A stretch of 53,950 nt of DNA. Source: Bacteroidales bacterium (GTDB taxonomy: Bacteria; Bacteroidota; Bacteroidia; Bacteroidales; WCHB1-69). Of this stretch, positions 10,706 through 20,345 are shown in pieces. Positions within the stretch are counted from its first letter, which is position 1; every line of letters starts with the position of its first letter. A program made the translations under genes and the position numbers. The notes beneath the pieces were generated by a model. It saw nothing but the letters and a program-made list of their open reading frames with translations. It did no database searches and had not been told where the DNA came from. Location: assembly GCA_016281255.1 (NCBI GenBank), contig JAEEIG010000170.1, positions 1-53,950 on the forward strand. Reading direction: 5' to 3'.

Positions 10706-12136
10706 CTAGTAAACGTGGGAAGCGCTCTTGCTGTTGTTGTCGCCTCTCTGACGGCCCATGTAGGACTGCACGTTACGGAAACCGACGTAGGACTTACAGG
10801 TATCCTGATACTCGTATGTGCGTGCATACACGGTGGTGTAGTAGCTGACATCCTTCCAGGAACCGCCGCGAATCACTTTTCTCTTCTTCACAGGGGAATC
10901 GTCCTTGGTGGCATAATAGACATACGTCGGGTTCATGTCGTGAGTGAAGTTGGTGGCAGCCTCGTCGTAGGCATCCTCACACCACTCAGCCACGTTGCCG
11001 CTCATGTCGAACAAACCCCAGTCGTTGGGATGGTAGTGGGCCACAATGCCGGGATAGAAGTTGTCATCGGCGATATAGTTACCGCGTTGCGGTTTGAAGT
11101 TGCTCAGGAAACAGCCGTTGCGGTTGGTGGTGTAAGGACCGCCCCAAGGATAGGAGACCAGCGCGTTACCGCCGCGTGCACCCCATTCCCATTCCGCCTC
11201 GGTGGGCAAACGGAACTCGTGTTCGAAAGCGTATTCCTTGCCAGACAGCCAGGACATGCGCAGTTGGGTTCTCCAGAACGAGAAAGCCTTAGCCTGACGC
11301 CAGCTCACACCGACAACCGGGTAATTGTCGTATTGCGGGTTGTTGAAGTAATTCAGGATCATGGGCTCGTTGTAGGAATAGACAAAATCGTGCGCCCAGC
11401 AGAGCGTGTCAGGGTAGATGTTCACCACCTCATGCTTGATGAAGCGCTGATAACCATTGCCCATGCTGCTCGGACGGTTGGCGTAGATACCGCCCAAGTC
11501 GTTGCCCTCCTTGTCGAACTCTTTGGTTGCAGCTCCGAAATTGTCAGGATTCTTGGGATCCCGGTAATTGCGGTAGTCGAACCACCAATACTCATAATTG
11601 AGCATGGAGACGTTCATGCGTTTCGAGCTGTAGTGGTAGAAGCGGGTGTTCAGTTTGCTGAACAAGGGTGACAAGGCGGCCTGCACCTCCTCATTTTCAG
11701 AGTCCCACGGAATCTTCTCCTTCCAGTTGATCAATTTGGGCTCGATGATTTCGCCCTCGTTCTCGCCCTTCTGATACTTCTGATAGTGGCCGTACTTCTC
11801 CTCGTCCGTGATTTCGGCGTCACCGAGAAGCGTGTGGGCGATGGAGTCACGCACCCAATACACAAACTGACGGTATTCGTTGTTGGTGATCTCCGTCTCA
11901 TCCATCCAAATGGCCGCAACCGTCACATTCTTGGACTGTTGGGTCAGGGCGAACGGAACGTCCTGGTCACCGCCACCCATGACGTAGTGGCCGGTGGGGA
12001 TATAGACCATACCGTAAGGCTCCATGTCGGAGAATTCCGGACGGTCCTTTACGCCGACGAGCTGTCCGTCGCCGCCGTTCTTACACGACACCATTAACAA
12101 GAATGCCGCTGCTACAAAAATGATTACCCGTTTCAT
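10706..12136 (-). CDS. gldK: T9SS ring lipoprotein GldK/PorK
   Basis: Lipobox LMVSC; FGE-sulfatase-like motifs MDETEITNNEYRQFV, YPVVGVSW, FRLPTEAEWE, DMSGNVAEW, RGGSWKD. Start placed at MKRVIIF. Confidence 0.93.
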   Translation of the reverse strand: MKRVIIFVAAAFLLMVSCKNGGDGQLVGVKDRPEFSDMEPYGMVYIPTGHYVMGGGDQDVPFALTQQSKNVTVAAIWMDETEITNNEYRQFVYWVRDSIAHTLLGDAEITDEEKYGHYQKYQKGENEGEIIEPKLINWKEKIPWDSENEEVQAALSPLFSKLNTRFYHYSSKRMNVSMLNYEYWWFDYRNYRDPKNPDNFGAATKEFDKEGNDLGGIYANRPSSMGNGYQRFIKHEVVNIYPDTLCWAHDFVYSYNEPMILNYFNNPQYDNYPVVGVSWRQAKAFSFWRTQLRMSWLSGKEYAFEHEFRLPTEAEWEWGARGGNALVSYPWGGPYTTNRNGCFLSNFKPQRGNYIADDNFYPGIVAHYHPNDWGLFDMSGNVAEWCEDAYDEAATNFTHDMNPTYVYYATKDDSPVKKRKVIRGGSWKDVSYYTTVYARTYEYQDTCKSYVGFRNVQSYMGRQRGDNNSKSASHVY

Positions 12137-12189
12137 ATTGTTCAATTTTATTAATTTCAAATATGGTTATTAACGTTACTTTGTTAATT

Positions 12190-13239
12190 TTAGTATCTGT
12201 TCTTGTAAATATATCTGGAGTTGCCGTATCCAGAGAAGACCTCAGGCTTGTAAATGTCGAAGCAATAGCGCACCACCACCTCCACGTCACCGAAGCTGCG
12301 GTGAGGCTTGTAAGCCAAACTGTTGGCGGTGAACCCGTATGAGACACCCACATCCAAACCTTTCAGGTAGATGTTGGAGGAGTTGTGGAACGGACGCGCA
12401 CCGAAGGCCAACGTGACAGCATCTTGGAAACGGTAGCCGACACCGCCCCAGAAGACCCCGTTATAACGAGCCAATGCCAATATCTCCCATTGGAATGAAT
12501 GGAGATCCGTCTTCACCAAGGCCTGCGGCATAATCTCCCAATTCGGGTTGAACGGCACCACCCACGTGTAGCCGCCATGCAGGTAGAGCTGGGAAGAACG
12601 GTGCGTCCCTCTGTCGCCCGACAGTCTGATAATCGATTGGGTTGTGTCAAACATGGCCAACATCTGCGTCCATCCCAAACCCACATACCATTGGTCAGTC
12701 TTGTATAACACACCTAAGTTGAAATCCAAATCCAGCGTTGATTCAGACAAAGCGGCCAAAGTCGGGTCATTCGGGTCTGTCGGGTTAAGACCACTGGCAT
12801 CAATGGCCTGATTATACAACGAAACCTGCGCGCCGATGCCCAAATTCCCGCCTCCGACACGCAGTTTATAGGCGTAACCAATCTTTACGCCTGTGTTCTT
12901 ATAATAACCTATCTGGTCGTGCACCAAAGTCACACCGATGGAACCATGCAATTTCTTCAAATAGGATTCGATACTGAAAAGGAAGTCCTGCGGCGCTGTC
13001 TTCGCAGCAGTATCATTGTTGATGGCCGTCGTGGAAAGGTCTCCCCAGCCCAGATACTTGTTGCTGTAATCAGCCGTGAAGCACAATGTGTTACTTTGCT
13101 CCCCTATTCCGCCGGCGTTGTAATAGGACGTCACCCACGGAAAAAAGGTGAATTGTGCATCGTCTTGGGCAAAACCTGACATCGTCACAGTGATTGCCAA
13201 GAGCACTAACAGACCAACTTTTTGTATACCTTTACTCAT
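12190..13239 (-). CDS. porP: PorP/SprF family T9SS outer-membrane beta-barrel
   Basis: Signal peptide then QDDAQFT; GVTLVHDQIG, WGGVGYR, VGVSYGF, GDVEVVVRY; directly upstream of gldK. Confidence 0.88.
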   Translation of the reverse strand: MSKGIQKVGLLVLLAITVTMSGFAQDDAQFTFFPWVTSYYNAGGIGEQSNTLCFTADYSNKYLGWGDLSTTAINNDTAAKTAPQDFLFSIESYLKKLHGSIGVTLVHDQIGYYKNTGVKIGYAYKLRVGGGNLGIGAQVSLYNQAIDASGLNPTDPNDPTLAALSESTLDLDFNLGVLYKTDQWYVGLGWTQMLAMFDTTQSIIRLSGDRGTHRSSQLYLHGGYTWVVPFNPNWEIMPQALVKTDLHSFQWEILALARYNGVFWGGVGYRFQDAVTLAFGARPFHNSSNIYLKGLDVGVSYGFTANSLAYKPHRSFGDVEVVVRYCFDIYKPEVFSGYGNSRYIYKNRY

Positions 13240-13332
13240 ATTCAATTATGAATTGTTTTATACATTAACTAATTAACTATTAATGTATTACGCAATCTTA
13301 TTGACCTTTGAAAAATCGTTTTTCCTTTCATA

Positions 13333-13357
13333 TACGATACTTCATTTCAAAAAGTTA
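13333..13357 (-). promoter_or_regulatory. Putative ECF-sigma promoter of the T9SS operon
   Basis: Minus strand TAAC-TTTTTGAAATGAAGTA-TCGTA, i.e. AAC-N17-CGT, the typical ECF spacing, about 95 bp upstream of porP. Confidence 0.5.
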
Positions 13358-13530
13358 CACAATACATTTACAGTCTAATTTTTTGAAGTGACAAAAATAG
13401 CATATTTTTTGATTTGTTTAACCAAAACCATCAATTTTGAAAAAAAAGAACTCAACTTATAAACAATACTCTATGAATCAGTTATTTACACCGAACTATC
13501 TTTATAATTCACTAAAACAGAATATTTTAA

Positions 13531-16500
13531 CTAAAACAAAGCATTCAATGTAATGTTCCCCGTATGGATGACGGCATGGTTCTGCATTGCCCGCCCCTGG
13601 TATTGCACTGCGATCTGAAGGAACTGTGTGACAGAGATTTGCCCCGACAACGTCCAAAGCAGGTTGCGGCCGAGCTGGAGACCGTCCAGCATGAAATACG
13701 AAACCGAGGAATTCTGCCCTATATTGCCTTTCAAATAGACATATTCCGCTGATAACGAAACAGTTCCTCTATTCAACATCCGATAAAGGAACGAGAACTC
13801 GGCGTTATACCGTTGAACATATTCATCCCCTTCCGTATTGTCTTTATAGGAATACAACCCCTTCAGGGAGGCGGTAAACCGATTGACGAACTGCAACCGG
13901 AACTCCTGTTCCACGGAACAGTCGCTCACCCGGTATTGGCGGGATGCAAAAGAGCTGGAGCTGTTGCGGGTCATCTTTCTCCGAAACGCGGTCTGGATGT
14001 AAAGGGGGGCTACCGGGGTGCTTTTCAGTATAAGTTCCATCAAATCAACCTTGTTTGTCTCAAGTCCGTAGTACAAACACTGTGTGTTGGCGTTGGTTTG
14101 CGTGATGAAATCGAAGGCGAAATACGAGCTGCTGTTGTTGAAGGAGAAGGTATTGGTGAGATTCAGACGGTTGGCCACAAGATTCGAATCCTCCCCCGCC
14201 TTCGGGAACGGATTGAACATGCGGGTCTTATGCTTCAGCATGGTATTCAGTGTCAACACATTGGAAAACCTGGACAGGAATTTCCGGAAGCCCTTGCTGT
14301 TGGACCAAACCGCCGCGGGACGCAACTGCACACTTTGTGTCCACTGACTCTGCCACACGTTGACGTAGTCGGTGCCGGCAATCCACACCTTCACATACTC
14401 CGCCTCGTCGGGGAACGCCGCCACCTCGAACTCGTCCAACTCCTCAATGCCATTACCGTTGTAGTCATTCCAGACATGGGTTCCCTGCCCTTTCGCCACT
14501 TTGATATAGGTGAAGGTTTTCTTGAGTTCCATCCCGCTTCCTGTTTCATAGTAAGTATTGACTACCAATGCGTTCCGGAAGAAACGGCCGGTATATTGAA
14601 GATTGCCGACGAAGTAATGCTCCGCATGGGAATGCTTCAACGAATCAAAGACCGATTGGTGGCGATAGGTGGCGTTCAAGGAGAAACTCTGGTTGCGGAT
14701 CTGCGAAAAACGGTACTGCGCCCGCACTTCGTGAATCATCAGATGGTGACGGAGCCGCATTGAATCGGGGGTGAATTCGATGCGGTTCTTATATCCTGCC
14801 AAGAACTGATGTTTCATCTCTTCCGTACTCTGGAGCATGGCATTCAACTCGTTGAAGGCAAAGCTGTTGGCGCGCAACGAGTCGGTCGAAACTCCTTTGA
14901 AGACATTATGTTCCAGCAAGTTGTCTATCCCTAAAGAGAGGGTCCGGAACTTTTTGGCCACCCGCATCCGCGAAACAAGATATCGGCTTCGCTGCACAGA
15001 ATCGCGGGTGAGCAGATAGCTTGTACCCGTCTGCAAATGCCAAGTCAGCCAACGGTCGTCGCTGCGGAACTCGTTACGGAGCGCATTCACCTCGCCCGTG
15101 CGGTTGAAATAGTTGAAATCATACATCAGCAGGTGGTCCTTCGGCTTGGAAAGCACGAATTCCGCCTGTGCCATCCACTCATGCCGGTTCGTTGCATAAT
15201 CCGTCTTCAGATTGTACTGGCGGGCGAACTCCACCTCCCTGAAGGACTCGAAGGGGGTGAAATTCTTATGGAGAAACTGCAGTTGAACTTGACTCTTGAA
15301 GAGCCACGGTACCGTGTCCTTGCGAGAAGAGAACCGTTCCAAATCGCTGATATTCAAAAAATAAGCAAAACCGACATCGTCATTCCTGTCTTTTTTGGAG
15401 AAGGTGTTCTTGTCATAATGCGAAAGAGCCACCTCCGTTTTGACACGGGTGTTCTCGCGCAGGTCCATATCCATACCGAATGTCGCCATTTGCTGGGAAA
15501 TGGGGGCGGTGAGCACCTGTACCGGTTCATATTCCCCCTGCGGAACCCCCTCTTCAGGAGCCACCCAGGCGAAGACCCGTCCATTGGCTGTACTACTGGT
15601 CAACTTGTAGTTTCCCGCATTCGCGCCCATATAGGTGAAATCCGGGGCATACATTTCCGCATTGGGATCGGTGGAATATTTATAAATAGTATATATATCA
15701 TTTTTGTATAACGTATCTGTTTTTTCGTATTGAATGCGGTCTGGAGAGTATGCGACGGTATCGAAATAGGGAAAATAGGCGGTTCCGCCCGCATCCCCGA
15801 GCGCGGCAAGGAAGCGCATATTCTCCATTGTCAGCTCAGGCTGGATAGACTGGTTTTTCAAATCCTGCTCATGGAAAACATTCAGGTAAAGCTTGACAGG
15901 GAGCTTCCGGGAAAGTTGAAACTCATTACGGGAAAACAAGTTATATCTCGAATAGTGCCGATTGGTGTATTCGAATTCCACGATCACCCTCTTTTCTGCA
16001 GAGACCAGCATTTTAGGGGTGAACGTGATTTCAGCCGTGTTGTAGTCCACCGTGTAATCATTATCCGACCCGCGTGTAATCTGCTGACCGTCAACATATA
16101 CGCGTTCCGATCCCGACACGATGGTGATGGAGACCTCGCCATCGGCGCCGTAGAGTTTGTACGGACCTTGCACTCCGTTCCAGACGGCAATGCTCTGGCG
16201 GACGAACTTGCCTTTGGCCACACCGCCGCCCGCCTCGTTCATCATCTTCGTCTTCTCCGCCGGGGCATACCTCACCGCGGCATCCAGTCCCAACACATTG
16301 CGGGAGACGCGCAAGAAACAATCTTCCGATTCTCTCCAGGTCACGTCACCGGCACGGACGGTCGCCACCTCTTTGATTTTCAACGCGATGAAGATACTGC
16401 TGATATCTTGCAGCACTTGGGTGTTGCCTTCAGGCTGTATAGGGATGTTCTTGTCGGAAACAGAAGCCATAATCTCCACATCCTCCGAAAGTTTTCCGGA

Positions 16501-16980
16501 GATCTGCAGATTCAGGGAGGAGTTGAGGACCAAATCCTGATTATTACCGACAGAAACGCCACGCGAGATGGCACCGTTAGTATATAACTCACTGCTATTC
16601 AATATATTCTGAATCGGAGTAATGGAATAATCCGCCATGGCGTGCTGAGAGCGTCCGGGCTCGATGGAGGAGAGCGACTTGTGTGACACGGGGCGAGACA
16701 GATCGGACGGGAAGACTTCATATTGAAGAAAAATCCTTTGTCCAAGCAGTGCGGAGTCGAGGATGGTGAGGGTTGCCGTCAAAGGATCGAGGCGATATTG
16801 GCCATTATTAACCCCTTGTATTTGAAACGTTTGCGGGACAATCGAGCAACTATCCAGCCGGAGTGCGATTGAATCAACCCGCCGGTGTTTCACACGCCAC
16901 GTGCCATCGCTCTGGGCGGACATGCGGGCGGTCCAAAGCGAGAGAAGCAGCGGCAGCAGAAGGAGTCGTTTTTTTCTCAT
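13531..16980 (-). CDS. Large conserved uncharacterised outer-membrane protein (1149 aa)
   Basis: Start MRKKRLLLLPLLL (signal peptide) just downstream of a -7 box at 17006-17013. Motifs GAISRGVSVGNNQD..NSSLNLQISG and QGPYKL..SGSERVYVDG..DYTVDYNTAEITF; amphipathic strands; terminal Phe. The ORF-track extension to 17670 is antisense to the transketolase gene. Confidence 0.8.
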   Translation of the reverse strand: MRKKRLLLLPLLLSLWTARMSAQSDGTWRVKHRRVDSIALRLDSCSIVPQTFQIQGVNNGQYRLDPLTATLTILDSALLGQRIFLQYEVFPSDLSRPVSHKSLSSIEPGRSQHAMADYSITPIQNILNSSELYTNGAISRGVSVGNNQDLVLNSSLNLQISGKLSEDVEIMASVSDKNIPIQPEGNTQVLQDISSIFIALKIKEVATVRAGDVTWRESEDCFLRVSRNVLGLDAAVRYAPAEKTKMMNEAGGGVAKGKFVRQSIAVWNGVQGPYKLYGADGEVSITIVSGSERVYVDGQQITRGSDNDYTVDYNTAEITFTPKMLVSAEKRVIVEFEYTNRHYSRYNLFSRNEFQLSRKLPVKLYLNVFHEQDLKNQSIQPELTMENMRFLAALGDAGGTAYFPYFDTVAYSPDRIQYEKTDTLYKNDIYTIYKYSTDPNAEMYAPDFTYMGANAGNYKLTSSTANGRVFAWVAPEEGVPQGEYEPVQVLTAPISQQMATFGMDMDLRENTRVKTEVALSHYDKNTFSKKDRNDDVGFAYFLNISDLERFSSRKDTVPWLFKSQVQLQFLHKNFTPFESFREVEFARQYNLKTDYATNRHEWMAQAEFVLSKPKDHLLMYDFNYFNRTGEVNALRNEFRSDDRWLTWHLQTGTSYLLTRDSVQRSRYLVSRMRVAKKFRTLSLGIDNLLEHNVFKGVSTDSLRANSFAFNELNAMLQSTEEMKHQFLAGYKNRIEFTPDSMRLRHHLMIHEVRAQYRFSQIRNQSFSLNATYRHQSVFDSLKHSHAEHYFVGNLQYTGRFFRNALVVNTYYETGSGMELKKTFTYIKVAKGQGTHVWNDYNGNGIEELDEFEVAAFPDEAEYVKVWIAGTDYVNVWQSQWTQSVQLRPAAVWSNSKGFRKFLSRFSNVLTLNTMLKHKTRMFNPFPKAGEDSNLVANRLNLTNTFSFNNSSSYFAFDFITQTNANTQCLYYGLETNKVDLMELILKSTPVAPLYIQTAFRRKMTRNSSSSFASRQYRVSDCSVEQEFRLQFVNRFTASLKGLYSYKDNTEGDEYVQRYNAEFSFLYRMLNRGTVSLSAEYVYLKGNIGQNSSVSYFMLDGLQLGRNLLWTLSGQISVTQFLQIAVQYQGRAMQNHAVIHTGNITLNALF

Positions 16981-17005
16981 TAAAAATATCCGCAAAATTT
17001 GGTGG

Positions 17006-17042
17006 CAAAGATAACTCTCTTTTGGCAAATTTCGTATTTTTG
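17006..17042. promoter_or_regulatory. Back-to-back -7 promoter boxes for the divergent OMP and transketolase genes
   Basis: CAAAGATA (17006-17013; TATCTTTG on -) and TATTTTTG (17035-17042, +). Similar divergent pairs occur at 38398/38476, 45672/45717 and 51727/51945. Confidence 0.65.
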
Positions 17043-17067
17043 CCGGAAATTTTTTGACAATAGGAAA

Positions 17068-18012
17068 ATGGAGAATTACACAATGAAAGACACCCGTTCC
17101 GGGTTTGGCGCCGGGCTGATGGAAGCCGCGCAGAACAATGAAAAAATCTTCGCACTGACCGCCGATGTCACGGGAAGCGTGAAAATGGGCGACTTCAAGG
17201 CCGCATATCCCGACCGTTTCATCCAATGCGGCATTGCGGAGGCCAACATGATCGGCATTTCCGCGGGGTTGGCATTGAGCGGCAAGATCCCGTTCGCCAG
17301 TGCATTCGCGGGCTTCATCTCGGGTCGCGTTTACGACCAGATCCGCATGACAGTGGCCTACTCCAACCTGAACGTCAAGATCGGCGCGTCCCACTCCGGC
17401 ATCACCGTGGGCGAAGACGGTGCCACCCATCAGATGATGGAGGACCTCGGGTTGATGCGCATGCTCCCTAACATGGTGGTACTCAACCCCTGCGACTACA
17501 ACCAGACTAAAATGGCGACCATCGCGGCAGCGGAGCACAACGGTCCCGTCTATCTTCGTTTCGGTCGTCCGGCCGTCCCCAACTTCACCGAAGAGAACAA
17601 GCCGTTTGTCATCGGGAAGGCCGACGTGATGCGCGAAGGCGCCGACGTCACCATCATCGCCACCGGCCATTTAGTCTTCCCCGCCCTGGAAGCTGCCGAG
17701 ATGCTCGACGAGCAGGGAATCCATGCCGAAGTCATCAACATGGCCACCATCAAGCCGTTGGACGAGGAAGCCATCCTGAACAGCGTTCGCAAGACCGGTT
17801 GTGCCGTCACTGCGGAGGAGCATTTCCTGAACGGCGGACTCTGCGACGCTGTCTGCCAATGTTTGAGCCGCAACCTGCCAGCGCCCGTGGAGACCATCGG
17901 CGTGAACGACCATTTCGGCGAGAGCGGCACCCCCGAAGAACTGATGGCGCATTTCGGGCTTGACAAAGAGCACATTGTGGAGGCCTGCAAGAAAGCAATC
18001 AGTCGCAAGTAA
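17068..18012 (+). CDS. Transketolase, C-terminal (pyrimidine-binding) subunit
   Basis: GIAEANMIG, VGEDGATHQ, GPVYLRFGR, TIKPLD, TAEEH, DHFGESG. Confidence 0.92.
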   Translation: MENYTMKDTRSGFGAGLMEAAQNNEKIFALTADVTGSVKMGDFKAAYPDRFIQCGIAEANMIGISAGLALSGKIPFASAFAGFISGRVYDQIRMTVAYSNLNVKIGASHSGITVGEDGATHQMMEDLGLMRMLPNMVVLNPCDYNQTKMATIAAAEHNGPVYLRFGRPAVPNFTEENKPFVIGKADVMREGADVTIIATGHLVFPALEAAEMLDEQGIHAEVINMATIKPLDEEAILNSVRKTGCAVTAEEHFLNGGLCDAVCQCLSRNLPAPVETIGVNDHFGESGTPEELMAHFGLDKEHIVEACKKAISRK

Positions 18013-18027
18013 CCAATAATCAATAGA

Positions 18028-18585
18028 ATGCCTGAAATCACAGACGAATTCATCCTGTCGCTTTTCAGCAACGAGAAGACCAAGGAGAAGGCTTTTGAGA
18101 TGCTGCTGAAGAAGTATCAGAAGCACATCTACTACAGCGCCCGCAGAATCACCACGATTCATGAGGATGCGGATGACGTGACGCAGAACGTGTGCATCAA
18201 AATCTGGAAAAATCTCGACAAATTCAGAAGTGAATCCAGCTTGAAAACCTGGATCACAAGAATTTGCGTAAACGAAGCACTCACCTACATCGAAAAAAAG
18301 AAACGGCTTCTGAATCTGGACGACGACAATTACACGGACTTCCTGCTGGTCAGTCAAGCGGACACCAGCACCGTCACAGCAAGTCAGATCGAGCAGTTCC
18401 TGCAGGAGGAGATCGTCAAGCTGCCGCCGAAACAGCGCGCGGTGTTCACCATGCGCTATTACGACGAGACGCCCTACGCGGAGATGTCGAAGATTTTCGA
18501 CACCTCGGAAAGTGCATTGAAGGCTTCTTACCATTTCGCCGCTGAAAAAATCAAAAAAAATATTTCAGAGCGTTTAACCTTTTAG
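18028..18585 (+). CDS. ECF RNA polymerase sigma factor
   Basis: DADDVTQN..IKIW, SSLKTWITRI, LPPKQRAVF, YAEMS..TSESALKASYHFA (regions 2 and 4). Confidence 0.92.
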   Translation: MPEITDEFILSLFSNEKTKEKAFEMLLKKYQKHIYYSARRITTIHEDADDVTQNVCIKIWKNLDKFRSESSLKTWITRICVNEALTYIEKKKRLLNLDDDNYTDFLLVSQADTSTVTASQIEQFLQEEIVKLPPKQRAVFTMRYYDETPYAEMSKIFDTSESALKASYHFAAEKIKKNISERLTF

Positions 18586-18622
18586 AATATCCAAAGTCAT
18601 TATATCGTAATTTCATTTAGTT

Positions 18623-18943
18623 ATGTTTGATTTAGACAATATAGAAAAGACAGAGCATTATCAGATTCCTGAGAACTATTTCGAGGAGCTGCCCGGCAGG
18701 GTCATGCAGAAGATTCAGTCTGAGCAAGTCAGGCGCAAACGGTTTATCATGTCGGCCGTGGCGGCCGTCGCCTTGTTAGTCGTGGCGGTCGGGCTGTTCT
18801 TCACCTACAACACCCCTGACGAGGGTGCGGCCATCACGCAAGCCCCGCAGATCACCGAAGAGGAGGTCCTGGAATCTGTCGCCTCCGATTACTACAGCGA
18901 AGAGCTGGCCATGATGGATTATTACGATTATTTGCAATATTAA
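18623..18943 (+). CDS. Small single-TM protein, putative anti-sigma factor
   Basis: YQIPENYFEELP motif, basic patch, one TM helix; directly downstream of the ECF gene. Confidence 0.7.
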   Translation: MFDLDNIEKTEHYQIPENYFEELPGRVMQKIQSEQVRRKRFIMSAVAAVALLVVAVGLFFTYNTPDEGAAITQAPQITEEEVLESVASDYYSEELAMMDYYDYLQY

Positions 18944-18960
18944 CCTAAAATGTGGATATT

Positions 18961-19476
18961 ATGAAAAGACTTTGGATTTTATTGATTATCGCCGTTTTTT
19001 GCACCTCGGGCAACCTCTTCGCACAGGAAAAGGGCCCGAAGCAGAAAATCATGGATCGCCTTACCTATATGAAGGAGCATTTGACGGTCAGCGAGAAAGC
19101 AAGTGCGAATTTCTGGAAGTCCTACGAGCAATACCTGAAAGACGAGAGGGCCATCATGGACAATTACCGCAAAAACCTGGAAAAGCAGGGCATCAAGCTC
19201 GGCGCCCCGGGAACCAACAAGGAGATGATAGAAAAACTGAGCGACAAGCAACTCACCTATCTGCAAGACCAGAAATTCGACATGCGCAAGAAAATGCTCG
19301 ACTTGGAATACAGTTATTACAAAAAATTCAAAACGATGTTGCCACCTCAGACGCTGCAGAAACTCTACAACCTGGAATATAAATACAAGAGGACGATGAC
19401 GGCCAAAATGAAAGATGAGAAAAAGAAAAAGAATGACGAGATCGGGCCTGTCAACACGGGTAAGAAAAAACGTTAA
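18961..19476 (+). CDS. Exported helical protein (Spy/CpxP-like), ECF-cluster accessory
   Basis: Signal peptide ending LFAQ; L..SEK....FWKSY and YYKKFKTMLPPQ motifs typical of such ECF-linked Bacteroidota proteins. Confidence 0.65.
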   Translation: MKRLWILLIIAVFCTSGNLFAQEKGPKQKIMDRLTYMKEHLTVSEKASANFWKSYEQYLKDERAIMDNYRKNLEKQGIKLGAPGTNKEMIEKLSDKQLTYLQDQKFDMRKKMLDLEYSYYKKFKTMLPPQTLQKLYNLEYKYKRTMTAKMKDEKKKKNDEIGPVNTGKKKR

Positions 19477-19505
19477 AAAAAGAGTGCCAAACGGCACTTT
19501 TTTTT
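19475..19505 (+). terminator. Intrinsic (possibly bidirectional) terminator after the ECF cluster
   Basis: A-tract, AGTGCC-AAAC-GGCACT, T-tract. Confidence 0.8.
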
Positions 19506-19535
19506 GTATCTTTGCCCCTCGAAAAAATCAAAAAT

Positions 19536-20315
19536 ATGAAGGAATACCAATACCTGAAAATAGAGAACTCCGAGTCGGTTTGCACACTGACCATTTCCGC
19601 GCCCAAGTCGCTTAACGCATTAAATTCCAATCTTTTGAAAGAAATGGACGATTTCCTTTCCAACCTCGACAGCCACATCCGCGTGCTGATCATCACCGGT
19701 GACGGCGAGAAGTCGTTTGTGGCGGGCGCCGACATCTCCGAAATGCAGTCGCTCAATGCGGAGGAGGGCGAACGTTTCGGCGCCTGCGGTGCGAAAGTGT
19801 TCCGCAAGATCGAGACGCTGCCGATACCCGTCATCGCGGCGGTGAACGGCTTTGCCCTCGGCGGCGGTTGCGAGTTAGCGCTGGCCTGCGACATCCGATT
19901 GGCAGCCAACACCGCGAAGTTCGGACAACCCGAGGTCGGTCTGGGCATCATCCCCGGCTTCTCCGGCACCTACCGCCTCACCAAGATCGTCGGCATGGGC
20001 ATGGCCAAGGAACTGATCTTCTCCGCCCGCGCCATCAAGGCGGACGAAGCCCTGCGCATCGGACTGGTCAACGCCGTTCACGAACCCCAGGATCTGATGA
20101 AAGAGGCGATGAGACTTGCCCACAGAATCGTGAAAAACGCACCCATCGCCGTGAGATACGCCAAAGAGTGCATCAACGAGGAGTACGACCTCCCCGCTGA
20201 CGAGGCCATCGCTTTCGAGAGCCGCATGTTCGGCAAATGCTTCGCCACCAAGGACCAAAAGGAGGGCATGACCGCGTTCCTCACCAAACAGGACGCCCAC
20301 TTCACCAACGAATAA
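19536..20315 (+). CDS. crt: Crotonase / short-chain enoyl-CoA hydratase
   Basis: KSFVAGADI, AAVNGFALGGGCELALACDIR, FGQPEVGLGIIPGFSGT, DQKEGMTAF; paired with hbd. Confidence 0.9.
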   Translation: MKEYQYLKIENSESVCTLTISAPKSLNALNSNLLKEMDDFLSNLDSHIRVLIITGDGEKSFVAGADISEMQSLNAEEGERFGACGAKVFRKIETLPIPVIAAVNGFALGGGCELALACDIRLAANTAKFGQPEVGLGIIPGFSGTYRLTKIVGMGMAKELIFSARAIKADEALRIGLVNAVHEPQDLMKEAMRLAHRIVKNAPIAVRYAKECINEEYDLPADEAIAFESRMFGKCFATKDQKEGMTAFLTKQDAHFTNE

Positions 20316-20345
20316 ACATTTTTAATCCTAAAAAAATACATTGTT

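Noticed and set aside
16981-17670. N-terminal extension making the OMP ORF 1379 aa
   Set aside because: Antisense to the transketolase gene; the signal peptide starts at 16980.
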